The position numbers and the translations under genes are program-made. Below, one piece after another: positions 14,250 through 29,480 of a stretch of 64,000 nucleotides of DNA. How positions within the stretch are numbered: position 1 is the stretch's first letter; each line of letters starts with the position of its first letter. The notes beneath the pieces are model-generated. The model ran no database searches, was not told the DNA's origin, and saw nothing but the letters and a program-made list of their open reading frames with translations. The stretch is from the human T2T-CHM13v2.0 reference genome, Homo sapiens. The stretch is taken from the NCBI RefSeq assembly GCF_009914755.1, contig NC_060933.1; one strand, given 5' to 3'.

Positions 14250-17100
14250 ACTCGTGTTGATTCCATTCTTTCCATTCCATTCAAGTTGAATCCATTCCAT
14301 TGCATTCCATTCCATTCGATTCCATTCGATTGCACTCGGGTTGATTCCATTCCATTGCATTCCATTCCATTCCATTCCATTCCATTCCATTCCATTCCGT
14401 TCCATTCCATTCCATTACATTCGGATTGATTCTATTCAATTCCCTTACACTCCATTACATTCCATTCCATTCGGGTAGTTTCCATTCCATTCCATTCCAT
14501 TCCTCTCCATTCCATTGCACTCGGGTTGATTCCATTCCATTGCATTCCATTCCATTCCATTCCATTCCATTCCGTTCCATTCCATTCCATTACATTCGGA
14601 TTGATTCTATTCAACTCCCTTACTCTCCATTACATTCCATTCCATTCGGGTTGTTCCATTCCACTCCATTCCATTCCACTCCATTCCATTGCACTCGGGT
14701 TGATTCCATTCCATTCCATTCCATTCCATTCCATTCCATTCCATTCCGGAAGATTCCATTCCATTGTATTCCATTCCATTCCATTCAACTGCACTCGCGT
14801 TGATTCCATTCCATTCCATTCCATTCCATTCCATTCCATTCCATTCCGTTCCATTCCATTCCATTCCATTCCATTCCATTCCGTTCCGTTCCATTCCATT
14901 CCATTCCATTCTATTCGGGTTAATTCCATTCCATTCCATTCAATTGCAATCGAGTTGATTCCATTCCATTCCATTCCATTCCATTCCATTCCATTCCATT
15001 GCATTCCATTCCTTTCCATTCCATTACGGATGATTCCATTCCGTTGCATTCCATTCCATTCCATTCCCCTGTACTCGGGTTGATTCCATTCCATTCCATT
15101 CCAATCCATGCCATTCCACTCGTGTTGATTCCATTCTTTCCATTCCATTCCAGTTGAATCCATTCCATTGCATTCCATTCCATTCGATTCCATTCGATTG
15201 CACTCAGGTTCATTCCATTCCATTGCATTCCATTCCATTCCATTCCATTAGATTCCATTACATTCCATTACATTCGGATTGATTCTATTCAATTCCCTTA
15301 CACTCCATTACATTCCATTCCATTCGGGTAGTTTCCATTCCATTCCATTCCATTCCTCTCCATTCCATTGCACTCGGGTTGATTCCATTCCATTGCATTC
15401 CATTCCATTCCATTCAATTCCATTCCGTTCCATTCCATTCCATTACATTCGGATTGACTCTATTCAACTCCCTTACTCTCCATTACATTCCATTCCATTC
15501 GGGTTGTTCCATTCGATTCCATTCCATTCCACTCCATTCCATTGCACTCGGGTTGATTCCATTCCATTCCATTCCATTCCATTCCATTCCATTCCATTCC
15601 GGAAGATTCCATTCCATTTCATTCCATTCCATTCCATTCCCCTGCACTCGCGTTGATTCCATTCCATTCCATTCCATTCCATTCCATTCCATTCCTTTCC
15701 GTTCCATTCCATTCCATTCCATTCCATTCCATTGCGTTCCGTTCCATTCCATTCCATTCCATTCTATTCGGGTTAATTCCATTCCATTCCATTCGATTGC
15801 AATCGAGTTGATTCCATTCCATTCCATTCCATTCCATTCCATTCCATTCCATTCCTTTCCATTCCATTACGGATGATTCCATTCCATTGCATTCCATTCC
15901 ATTCCATTCCCCTGTACTCGGGTTGATTCCATTCCATTCCATTCCAATCCATGCCATTCCACTCGTGTTGATTCCATTCTTTCCATTCCATTCAAGTTGA
16001 ATCCATTCCATTGCATTCCATTCCATTCGATTCCATTCGATTGCACTCGGGTTGATTCCATTCCATTGCATTCCATTCCATTCCAATCCATTCCATTCCA
16101 TTCCATTCCATTCCATTCCGTTCCATTCCATTCCATTCCATTCCATTCCGTTCCATACCATTCCATTATATTCGGATTGATTCTATTCAATTCCCTTACA
16201 CTGCATTACATTCCATTCCATTTGGGTAGTTTCCATTCCATTCCATTCCAATCCTCTCCATTCCATTGAACTCGGGTTGATTCCATTCCATTGCATTCCA
16301 TTCCATTCCATTCAATTCCATTCCGTTCCATTCCATTCCATTACATTCGGATTGACTCTATTCAACTCCCTTACTCTCCATTACATTCCATTCCATTCGG
16401 GTTGTTCCATTCGATTCCATTCCATTCCACTCCATTCCATTGCACTCGGGTTGATTCCATTCCATTCCATTCCATTCCATTCCATTCCATTCCGGAAGAT
16501 TCCATTCCATTGCATTCCATTCCATTCCATTCCCCTGCACTCGCGTTGATTCCATTCCATTCCATTCCATTCCATTCCATTCCGTTCCGTTCCATTCCAT
16601 TCCATTCCATTCCATTCTATTCGGGTTAATTCCATTCCATTCCATTCGATTGCAATCGAGTTGATTCCATTCCATTCCATTCCATTCCATTCCATTCCAT
16701 TCCATTCCATTCCTTTCCATTCCATTACGGATGATTCCTTTCCATTGCATTCCATTCCATTCCATTCCATTCCCCTGTACTCGGGTTGATTCCATTCCAT
16801 TCCATTCCAATCCATGCCATTCCACTCGTGTTGATTCCATTCTTTCCATTCCATTCAAGTTGAATCCATTCCATTGCATTCTTTTCCATTCGATTCCATT
16901 CGATTGCACTCGGGTTGATTCCATTCCATTGCATTCCATTCCATTCCAATCCATTCCATTCCATTCCATTCCATTCCATTCCATTCCATTCCGTTCCATT
17001 CCATTCCATTACATTCGGATTGATTGTATTCAATTCCCTTACACTCCATTACATTCCATTCCATTCGGGTAGTTTCCATTCCATTCCATTCCATTCCTCT
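14250..17100 (+). repeat. Run of about three ~0.85-0.9-kb tandem units
   Basis: The anchor motif CTTTCCATTCCATTC(A/C)AGTTGAATCC occurs at about 14.27, 15.14, 15.98 and 16.84 kb. The private variant ATTGACTCTA is shared at 15453/16351 (offset 898). Confidence 0.8.
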
Positions 17101-20100
17101 CCATTCCATTGAACTCGGGTTGATTCCATTCCATTGCATTCCATTCCATTCCATTCCATTCCATTACAATCGAGTTGATTCCATTCCATTCCATTCCGTT
17201 CCAGTCCTTTCCATTCCATTCCTCTCGGGTTGATTCCATTCTATTAGTTTCCATTCCATTCCATTCCCTTCCATTCCACTCTGGTTGATTCCATTCCTTT
17301 CCATTCCACTCGTATACATTCCCTCCTATTCCACTTGGAACGATTCCATTCCATTCCATTCCATTCCATTCCTTTCCATTCCATTCCATTCCTTTCCATT
17401 CCATTACGGATGATTCCATTCCATTGCATTCCATTCCATTCCATTCCCCTGTACTCGGGTTGATTCCATTCCATTGCATTCCAATCCATGCCCTTCCACT
17501 CGTGTTGATTCCATTCTTTCCATTCCATTCAAGTTGAATCCATTCCATTGCATTGCATTCCATTTGATTCCATTCGATTGCACTCGGGTTGATTCCATTC
17601 CATTGCATTCCATTCCATTCCATTCCATTCCATTCCATTCCATTACATTCGGATTGATTCTATTCAATTCCCTTACACTCCATTACATTCCATTCCATTC
17701 GGGTAGTTTCCATTCCATTCCATTCCATTCCTCTACATTCCATTGCACTCTGGTTGATTCCATTCCATTGCATTCCATTCCATTCCATTCAATTCCATTC
17801 CGTTCCATTCCATTCCATTACATTCGGATTGATTCTATTCAACTCCCTTAGTCTCCATTACATTCCATTCCATTGGGGTTGTTCCATTCCATTCCATTCC
17901 ATTCCACTCCATTCCATTCCATTCCATTCCTTTCCATTCCATTACGGATGATTCCATTCCATTGCATTCCATTCCATTCCATTCCCCTGTACTCGTTTTG
18001 ATTCCGTTCCATTCCATTCCAATCCATGCCATTCCACTAGTGTTGATTCCATTCTTTCCATTCCATTCAAGTTGAATCCATTCCATTGCATTCCATTCCA
18101 TTCCATTCCCCTGCAGTCGGGTTGATTCCATTCCATTCCATTCTATTCCATTCCATTCCATTCCATTCCGTTCCGTTCCGTTCCATTCCATTCCATTCCT
18201 TTCAATTCGGGTTAATTCCATTCCATTCCATTCCATTCCATTCCATTCCAATCAAGTTGATTCCATTCCATTCCATTCCATTCCATTCCATTCCATTCCA
18301 CTCCATTCCAGTCCTTTCCATTCCATTACACTCGGGTTGATTCCAATGTATTCCTTTCCATTCCATTCCATTCCATTGCAATCGAGTTGATTCCATTGCT
18401 TTGCATTCCATTCCATTCCATTCCATTCCGGATGATTCCATTCCATTGCATTCCATTCCATTCCATTCCCCTGCACTCGGGTTGATTCCATTCCATTCCA
18501 CTCCATTCCGTTCCATTCCATTCCATTCCATTGTATTCGTGTTAATTCCATTCCATTCCATTGCATTCCATTCCATTCCATTCCATTACAATCGAGTTGA
18601 TTCCACTCCATTCCATTCCATTCCAGTCCTTTCCATTCCATTCCACACGGGTTGATTCCATTCTATTAGTTTCCATTCCATTCCATTCCCTTCCATTCCA
18701 CTCTGGTTGATTCCATTCCTTTCCGTTCCACTGGAATACATTCCCTCCTATTCCACTCGGAACGATTCCATTCCATTCCATTCCATTCCATTCCATTCCA
18801 TTCCATTCCATTCCATTCCATTCCATTTCGTTCCATTCCATTCTATTCCGTATCATTCCATTCCATTCCATTCCATTCCATTCCATTCCCTTCCATTCCA
18901 TTCCATTGTACTCGGGTTGATTCCATTCCATTGCATTCCATTCCATTCCATTCCATTCCATTCCGTTGCATTCCATTCCATTACATTCGCATTGATTCTA
19001 TTCAACTCCCTTACTCTCCATTACATTCCATTCCATTCGGGTTGTTCCATTCCATTCCATTCCATTCCACTCCATTCCATTGCAGTCGGGTTTATTCCAT
19101 TCCATTCCATTCCATTCCATTCCATTCCATTCCATTCCATTCCGGATGATTCCATTCCATTGCATTCCGTTCCATTACATTCCCCTGCACTCGCGTTGAT
19201 TCCATTCCATTCCATTCAATTCCATTCTATTACAATTCGTTCCATTCCATTCTATTCCGTACCATTCCATTCCATTCCACACCATTCCATTCCATTCCAT
19301 TCCATTCCATTTCATTCCGTTGCAATCCATTCCAATCCATTCCATTCCATTCCATTCCACTCGAGTTGATTTCATTCCATTCCTTTCCATTCGGTTTGAA
19401 GGCATTCCATTGCATTCCATTCCATTTCTTTCCATTCCATTCCATTCCATTCCATTGTACTCGGCTTGATTCCATTCCATTGCATTCCATTCCATTCCAT
19501 TCCATTCCATTCCGTTGCATTCCATTACATTCAGATTGATTCTATTCAACTCCCTTCCTCTCCATTACATTACATTCCATTCCTGTTTTCCATTCCATTC
19601 CATTCCATTCAATTCCATTCCGGATGATTCCATTCCATTGCATTCCGTTCCATTACATTCCCCTGCACTCGCGTTGATTCCATTCCATTCCATTCAATTC
19701 CATTCCATTACAATTCGTTCCATTCCATTCTATTCCGTACCATTCCATTCCATTCCATACCATTCCATTCTATTCCATTCCATTCCATTCCGTTCCATTC
19801 CGTTACATTGCATTCCATTCCATTCTATTCGGGTTAATTCCATTCCATTCCATTCCATTCCATTCTATTCCATTCCATTGCAATCGAGTTGAATCCATTG
19901 CATTCCATTCCATTCCATTCCATTCCATTCCATTCCATTCCGGAAGATTCCATTCCATTGCATTCCATTCCATTCCATTCCCCTGCACTCGCGTTGATTC
20001 CATTCCATTCCATTGCATTCCATTCCGTTCCGTTCCGTTCCATTCCATTCCATTCCATTCCATTCCGTTCCGTTCCATTCCATTCCATTCCATTCCATTC

Positions 20101-23100
20101 TATTTGGGTTAATTCCATTCCATTCCATTCGATTGCAATCGAGTTGATTCCGTTCCATTCCATTCCATTCCATTCCTTTCCATTCCATTCCATTCCATTC
20201 CTTTCCATTCCATTACGGACGATTCCATTCCATTGCATTCCATTCCATTCCATTCCCCTGTACTCGGGTTGATTCCATTCCATTCCATTCCAATCCATGC
20301 CATTCAACTCGTGTTGATTCCATTCTTTCCATTCCATTCAAGGTGAATCCATTCCATTGCATTCCATTCCATTCGATTCCATTCGATTGCACTCGGGTTG
20401 ATTCCATTCCATTGCATTCCATTCCATTCCATTCCATTCCATTCCATTCCGTTCCATTCCATTCCATTACATTCGGATTGATTCTATTCAATTCCCTTAC
20501 ACTCCATTACATTCCATTCCATTCGGGTAGTTTCCATTCCATTCCATTCCATTCCTCTCCATTCCATTGCACTCGGGTTGATTCCATTCCATTGCATTCC
20601 ATTCCATTCCATTCAATTCCATTCCGTTCCATTCCATTCCATTTCATTCGGATTGATTCTATTCAACTCCCGTACTCTCTATTACATTTGATTCCATTCG
20701 GGTTGTTCCATTCCATTCCATTCCATTCCACTCCATTCCATTGCACTCGGGTTGATTCCATTCCATTCCATTCCATACCGGAAGATTCCATTCCATTGCA
20801 TTCCATTACATTCCATTCCCCTGCACTCGCGTTGATTCCATTCCATTCCATTCCATTCCATTCCATTCCATTCCATTCCTTTCCGTTCAATTCCATTCCA
20901 TTCCATTACATTCCATTCCATTCCGTTCCGTTCCGTTCCGTTCCGTTCCATTCCATTCCATTCCATTCTATTCGGGTTAATTCCATTCCATTCCATTCCA
21001 TTGCAATCGAGTTGATTCCATTCCATTCCATTCCATTCCATTCCTTTCCATTCCATTACGGATGATTCCATTCCATTGCATTCCATTCCATTCCATTCCC
21101 CTGTACTCGGGTTGATTCCATTCCATTCCATTCCAATCCATGCCATTCCACTCGTGTTGATTCCATTCTTTCCATTCCATTCAAGTTGAATCCATTCCAT
21201 TGCATTCCATTCCATTCCATTCCCCTTCAGTCGGGTTGATTCCATTCCATTCCATTCCATTCCATTCCATTCCATTCCATTCCATTCCAATCGAGTTGAT
21301 TCCATTCCATTCCATTCCATTCCATTCCACTCCATTCCAGTCCTTTCCATTCCATTCCACTCGGGTTGATTCCAATGTATTCCTTCCATTCCATTCCATT
21401 CCATTGCAATCGAGTTGATTCCATTGCTTTGCATTCCATTCCATTCCATTCCATTCCGGATGATTCCGTTCCATTGCATTCCATTCCATTCCATTCCCCT
21501 GCACTCGGGTTGATTCCATTCCATTCCACTCCATTCCATTCCATTCCATTCCATTCCGTTTTATTCGGGTTAATTCCATTCCATTCCATTCCATTCCATT
21601 CCATTCCATTCCAATCCATTACAATCGAGTTGATTCCATTCCATTCCATTCCATTCCATTCCATTCCATTCCAGTCCTTTCCATTCCATTCCACTCGGGT
21701 TGATTCCATTCTATTAGTTTCCATTCCATTCCATTCCCTTCCATTCCACTCTGGTTGATTCCATTCCTTTCCATTCCACTCGAATACATTCCCTCCTATT
21801 CCACTCGGAACGATTCTATTCCATTCCATTCCATTCCATTCCATTCGGTTCCATTTCGTTCCATTCCATTCTATTCCGTACCATTCCATTCCATTCCATT
21901 CCTTTCCATTCCATTCCATTCCACTCGTGTTGATACCATTCCTTTCCATTCCATTCGGTTTGAAAGCATTCCATTCCATTCAATTCCACTCCATTCCATT
22001 CCATTCCATTCCATTCCATTCCATTCCATTCCATTCCATTGTACACGGGTTGATTCCATTCCATTGCATTCCATTCCATTCCATTCCATTCTATTCCATT
22101 CCATTCCATTCCATTCCGTTGCATTCCATTCCATTACATTCGGATTGATTCTATTCAACTCCCTTACTCTCCATTACATTCCATTCCATTCGGGTTGTTC
22201 CATTCCATTCCATTCCATTCCACTCCATTCCATTGCACTCGGGTTGATTCCATTCCATTCCATTCCATTCCATTCCGGATGATTCCATTCCATTGCATTC
22301 CTTTCCATTACATTCCCTTGCACTCGCGTTGATTCCATTCCATTCCATTCCATTCCATTCAATTCCATTCCATTACAATTCGTTCCATTCCATTCTATTC
22401 TGTACCATTCCATTCCATTCCATACCATTCCATTCCATTCCATTCCATTCCATTCCGTTCCATTCCGTTCCATTCCATTCCATTCCATTCTATTCGGGTT
22501 AATTCCATTCCATTCCATTCCATTCCATTCCATTCCATTCTATTCCATTGCATTGCAATCGAGTTGAATCCATTGCATTTCATTCCATTCCATTCCATTC
22601 CATTCCGGAAGATTCCATTCCATTGCATTCCATTCCTTTCCATTCCCCTGCACTCGTGTTGATTCCATTCCATTCCATTCCATTCCATTCCGTTCCGTTC
22701 CGTTCAGTTCCATTCCATTCCATTCCATTCCATACCATTCCATTCCGTTCCGTTCCATTCCATTCCATTCCATTCTATTTGGGTTAATTCCATTCCATTC
22801 CATTCGATTGCAATCGAGTTGATTCCATTCCATTCCATTCCATTCCATTCCATTCCATTCCATTCCTTTCCATTCCTTTCCATTGCATTACGGATGATTC
22901 CATTCCATTGCATTCCATTCCATTCCATTCCCCAGTACTCGGGTTGATTCCATTCCATTCCATTCCAATCCATGCCATTCCACTCGTGTTGATTCCATTC
23001 TTTCCATTCCATTCAAGTTGAATCCATTCCATTGCATTCCATTCCATTCGATTCCATTCGATTGCACTCGGGTTGATTCCATTCCATTGCATTCCATTCC

Positions 23101-23149
23101 ATTCCATTTCATTCCATTCCATTCCTTTCCATTCCATTCCATTCCATTC

Positions 23150-24760
23150 CATTCCATTGCAATCGAGTTGATTCCATTCCATTCCTTTCCATTCCATTCC
23201 ATTGCCTAGCATTCCACTCGTGTTGATTCCATGCCCCTCTTTCCACTCCATTACATTCCCTTCCATTCCACTCGGAATGATTGATTCCATTCCATTCCAT
23301 TCCATTTCATTCCATTGCAATCCATTCCAATCCATTCCATTCCATTCCATTCCACTCGAGTTGATTTCATTCCATTCCTTTCCATTCCATTTCATTCGTT
23401 TCCACTCGAGTTGATTCCATTCCATTCCATTCCATTGCATTCCATTCCATGCCATTCCACTCGGGTTGAATCCATTCCATTCCATTCCATTCCATTCCAT
23501 TCCATTGCATTCCATTCCATTCCTTTCCCCTGCACTCGGGTTGATTCCATTCCTTTCGATTCCATTTAATTCCATTCCATTCCATTCCATTCCATTCCAA
23601 TCCATTCTATTCCATTCCATTCTATTCCATTGCAATCGACTTGATTCCATTCCATTCCATTCCATTCCATTCCATTCCATTCCATTCCATTCCATTTTGT
23701 TCCAATCCATTCTATTCCGAACCATTCCATTCCATTCCATTCCATTCCATTCCATTCCATGCCATTCCACTCGGGTTGATTCCATTCCTTTCCATTCCAT
23801 TCGGGTTGAATCCATTCCACTCCATTCCATTGCATTCGAATCCATGCTATTGCACTCGGGTTGATTCCATTCCATTCCATTCCATTCGATTCCATTCCAT
23901 TCCATTCCATTCCGTTCCATTCCATTTCATTACGTTCAGATTGATTCTATTCAATTCCCTTACACTCCATTATATTCCAATCCATTCTGGTTTTTTCCAT
24001 TCCATTCCATTCCATTTCACTCCATTCCATTGCACTCGGTTTGATTCCATTCCATTCCATTCCATTCCATTCCATTCCGGATGATTCCATTCCATTGCAT
24101 TCCATTCCATTCCATTCCCCTGCACTCAGGTTGATTCCATTCCATTCCATTCCACTCCATTCGGTTCCGTTCCATTCCATTCTATTGCATTCCATTCTAA
24201 TCGGGTTAATTCCATTCCATTCTATTCCATTCCATTCCATTCCATTGCAATGGAGTTGATTCCATTCCATTTCATTCCATTCCGGATGATTCCATTCCAT
24301 TGCATTCCATTCCATTCCATTCCCCTGCACTCGTGTTGATTCCATTCCCTTCCATTCCATTCCATTCCGTTCCATTCCATTGCATGCCATTCTATTCCGG
24401 TTAATTCCATTCCATTCCATTCCATTCCATTCCATTCCATTGCAATCGAGTTGATTCCATTCCATTCCTTTCCATTCCATTGCATTTCCTTGCATTCCAC
24501 TCGGGTTGATTCCATTCCCTTCTTTCCACTCCATTACATTCCCTTCCATTCCACTCGGAATGATTGATTCCATTCCATTCCATTCCATTTCATTCCGTTG
24601 CAATCCATTCCAATCCATTCCATTCCATTCCATTCAACTCGAGTTGATTTCATTCCATTCCTTTCCATTCCATTCCATTCCTTTCCACTCGAGTTGATTC
24701 CATTCCATTCCATTCCATTGCATTCCATTCCATGCCATTCCACTCGGGTTGATTCCATTC
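23150..24760 (+). repeat. Diverged patch with a rare ~0.3-kb module present twice, 1283 bp apart
   Basis: CTCGGAATGATTGATTCC occurs at 23271 and 24554. Each copy is preceded by CTTTCCACTCCATTACATTCCCTT and followed by TCGAGTTGATTTCATTCC. Confidence 0.8.
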
Positions 24761-26479
24761 CTTTGCATTCCATTCCATTCCATTCCATTCCATTCCATTC
24801 CATTCCATTACATTCGGATTGATTCTATTCAACTCCCTTACTCTCCATTACATTCCATTCCATTCCATTCGGGTTGTTCAATTCCATTCCATTCCATTCC
24901 ACTCCATTCCATTGCACTCGGGTTGATTCCATTCCATTCCATTCCATTCCATTCCATTCCGGATGTTTCCATTCCATTGCATTCCTTTCCATTACTTTCC
25001 CCTGCACTCGCGTTGATTCCATTCCATTCCATTCCATTCCATTCAATTCCATTCCATTACAATTCGTTCCATTCCATTCTATTCCGTACCATTCCTTTCC
25101 ATTCCATACCATTCCATTCCATTCCATTCCATTCCATTCCATTCCATTCCGTTCCATTCCATTCCATTCCATTCCATTCCATTCTATTCGGGTTAATTCC
25201 ATTCCAGTCCATTCCATTCCATTCTATTCCATTCCATTGCAATCGAGTTGAATCCATTGCATTTCATTCCATTCCATTCCATTCCATTCCATTCCGGAAG
25301 ATTCCATTCCATTGCATTCCATTCCATTCCATTCCCCTGCACTCGCGTTGATTCCATTCCAGTCCATTCCATTCCATTCCATTCCATTTCATTCCATTCC
25401 GTTCCGTTCCATTCCATTCCATTCCATTCCATTCCGTTCCGTTCCATTCCATTCCATTCCATTCTATTCGGTTTAATTCCATTCCATTCCATTCGATTGC
25501 AATCGTGTTGATTCCATTCCATTCCATTCCATTCCATTCCATTCCATTCCATTCCTTTCCATTCCATTACGGATGATTCCATTCCATTGCATTCCATTCC
25601 ATTCCATTCCCCTGTACTCGGGTTGATTCCATTCCATTCCATTCCAATCCATGCCATTCCACTCGTGTTGATTCCATTCTTTCCATTCCATTCAAGTTGA
25701 ATCCATTCCATTGCATTCCATTCCATTCGATTCCATTCGATTGCACTCGGGTTGATTCCATTCCATTGCATTCCATTCCATTGCATTCCATTCCATTCCA
25801 TTCCATTCCGTTCCATTCCATTCCATTACATTCGGATTGATTCTATTCAATTCCCTTACACTCCATTACATTCCATTCCATTCGGGTAGTTTCCATTCCA
25901 TTCCATTCCATTCCTCTCCATTCCATTGGACTCGGGTTGATTCCATTCCATTGCATTCCATTCCATTCCATTCAATTCCATTCCGTTCAATCCATTCCAT
26001 TACATTCGGATTGATTCTATTCAACTCCCTTACTCTCCATTACATTCCATTCCATTCGGGTTGTTCCATTCCATTCCATTCCATTCCACTCCATTCCATT
26101 GCAGTCGGGTTGATTCCATTCCATTCCATTCCATTCCATTCCATTCCGGAAGATTCCATTCCATTGCATACCATTCCATTCCATTCCCCTGCACTCGCGT
26201 TGATTCCATTCCATTCCATTCTAATCCATTCCATTCCCTTCCTTTCCATTCCATTCCATTCCATTCCATTCCATTCCATTCCATTCCGTTCCGTTCCATT
26301 CCATTCCATTCCATTCTATTCGGGTTAATTCCATTCCATTCCATTCGATTGCAATCGAGTTGATTCCATTCCATTCCATTCCATTCCATTCCATTCCATT
26401 CCATTCCTTTCCATTCCTTTCCTTTCCATTACGGATGATTCCATTCCATTGCATTCCATTCCATTCCATTCCATTCCCC

Positions 26480-29400
26480 TATACTCGTGTTGATATCATT
26501 CCATTCCATTCCAATCCATGCCATTCCACTCGTGTTGATTCCATTCTTTCCATTCCATTCAAGTTGAATCCATTCCATTGCATTCTATTCCATTCGATTC
26601 CATTCGATTGCACTCGGGTTGATTCCATTCCATTGCATTCCATTCCATTCCATTCCATTCCATTCCATTCCATTCCACTCCATTTCATTACATTCAGATT
26701 GATTCTATTCAATTCCCTTACACTCCATTATATTCCAATCCATTCTGGTAGTCTCCATTCCATTCCATTCCATTTCACTCCATTCCATTGCACTCGGGTT
26801 GATTCCATTCCATTCCATTCCATTGCATTCCATTCCATTCCATTCCGGATGATTCCATTCCATTGCATTCCATTCCATTCCATTCCCCTGCACTCGGGTT
26901 GATTCCATTCCATTCCATTACATTGCATTCCGTTCCATTCCATTCGGATTGATTCTATTCAATTCCCTTGCACTCCATTACATTCCATTCCATTCGGGTA
27001 GTTTCCATTCCATTCCATTCCATTCCTCTCCATTCCATTGCACTCGGGTTGATTCCATTCCATTCCATTCCATTCCATTCCATTCCATTCCATTACATTC
27101 CATTCCATTCCGTTCCATTGTACTCGGGTTGATTCCATTCCATTGCATTCCATTCCATTCCATTCCATACCATTCCATTCCGTTCCATTCCATTACATTC
27201 GGATGGATTCTATTCAACTCCCTTACTCTCCATTACATTCCATTCCATTCGGGTTGTTCCATTCCATTCCATTCCATTCCACTCCATTCCATTGCACTCG
27301 GGTTGATTCCATTCCATTCCATTCCATTCCATTCCATTCCATTCCGGATGATTCCATTCCATTGCATTCCGTTCCATTACATTCCCCTGCACTCGGGTTG
27401 ATTCCATTCCATTCCATTCCATTCCATCCGATTCCATTCCATTCCAATTCTTTCCATTCCATTCTATTCCGTACCATTCCATTCCATTCCATACAATTCC
27501 ATTCCATTCCATTCCACTCCGTTCCGTTCCGTTCCGTTCTGTTCCGTTCCATTCCATTCCATTCCATTCTATTCGGTTTAATTCCATTCCATTCCATTCC
27601 ATTCCATTCCATTCTATTCCATTCCATTGCAATCGAGTTGAATCTATTGCATTCCATTCCATTCCATTCCATTCCATTCCATTCCGGAAGATTCCATTCC
27701 ATTGCATTCCATTCCATTCCATTCCATTCCATTCCATTCCATTCCATTCCATTCCATTGTACTCGGGTTGATTCCATTCCATTGCATTCCATTCCATTCC
27801 ATTCCATTCCATTCCATTCCGTTCCATTCCATTCCATTACATTCGGTTTGATTCTTTTCAACTCCCTTACTCTCCATTACATTCCATTCCATTCGGGTTG
27901 TTCCATTCCATTCCATTCCATTCCACTCCATTCCATTGCACTCGGGTTGATTCCATTCCATTCCATTCCATTCCATTCCGGATGATTCCATTCCATTGCA
28001 TTCCGTTCCATTATATTCCCCTGCACTCGGGTTGATTCCATTCCATTCCTTTCCATTCCATTCGATTCTATTCCATTCCCATGCACTCGCGTTGATTCCA
28101 TTCCATTTCATTCCATTCCATTCCATTCCATTCCTTTCCGTTCCATTCCATTCCATTCCATTCCATTCCATTCCATTCCATTCCGTTCCGTTCCGTTCCA
28201 TTCCATTCCATTCCATTCTATTCGGGTTAATTCCATTCTATTCCATTTGATTGCAATCGAGTTGATTCCATTCCATTCCATTCCATTCCATTCCATTCCA
28301 TTCCAGTCCTTTCCATTCCTTTCCATTCCATTACTGATGATTCCATTCCATTGCATTCCATTCCATTCCATTCCCCTGTACTCGGGTTGATTCCATTCCA
28401 TTCCATTCCAATCCATGCCATTCCACTCGTGTTGATTCCATTCTTTCCTTTCCATTCAAGTTGAATCCATTCCATTGCATTCCATTCCATTCGATTCCAT
28501 TCGATTGCACTCGGGTTGATTCCATTACATTGCATTCCATTCCATTCCATTCCATTTCATTCCATTCCGTTCCATTCCATTTCATTACATTCAGATTGAT
28601 TCTATTCAATTCCCTTACACTCCATTATATTCCAATCCATTCTGGTTGTTTCCATTCCATTCCATTCCATTTCACTCCATTCCATTGCACTCGGGTTGAT
28701 TCCATTCCATTCCATTCCATTGCATTCCATTCCATTCCATTCCGGATGATTCCATTCCATTGCATTCCATTCCATTCCATTCCCCTGCACTCGGGTTGAT
28801 TCCATTCCATTCAATTCCATTACATTCCGTTCCATTCCATTCCATTCCATTCGGATTGATTCTATTCAATTCCCTTACACTCCATTACATTCCATTCCAT
28901 TCGGGTAGTTTCCATTCCATTCCATTCCATTCCTCTCCATTCCATTGCACTCGGGTTGATTCCATTCCATTCCATTCCATTCCATTCCATTACATTACAT
29001 TACTTTCCATTCCGTTCCATTGTACTCGGGTTGATTCCATTCCATTGCATTCCATTCCATTCCATTCCATTCCATTCCATTCCGTTGCATTCCATTCCAT
29101 TACATTCGGATTGATTCTATTCAACTCCCTTACTCTCCATTACATTCCATTCCATTCGGGTTGTTCCATTCCATTCCATTCCATTCCACTCCATTCCATT
29201 GCACTCGCGTTGATTCCATTCCATTCCATTCCATTCCATTCCATTCCATTCCGGATTATTCCATTCCATTGCATTCCGTTCCATTACATTCCCATGCACT
29301 CGGGTTGATTCCATTCCATTCCATTCCATTCCATTCGATTCCATTCCATTCCAATTCTTTCCATTCCATTCTATTCCGTACCATGCCATTGCATTCCATA

Positions 29401-29480
29401 CAATTCCATTCCATTCCATTCCACTCCGTTCCCTTCCGTTCCGTTCCGTTCCGTTCCATTTCATTCCATTCCATTCTATT
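26480..29480 (+). repeat. ~1.1-kb block repeated at ~1.9-kb spacing
   Basis: The order CATTCAGATTG...TATATTCCAATCCATTCTGGT...TTTCACTCC...CCAATTCTTT...CATACAATT is seen from ~26.5 kb and again from ~28.4 kb. Matching artefact ORFs are offset by 1897 (26705/28602, 26728/28625). A further relative lies at ~5.2-6.2 kb. Confidence 0.7.
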
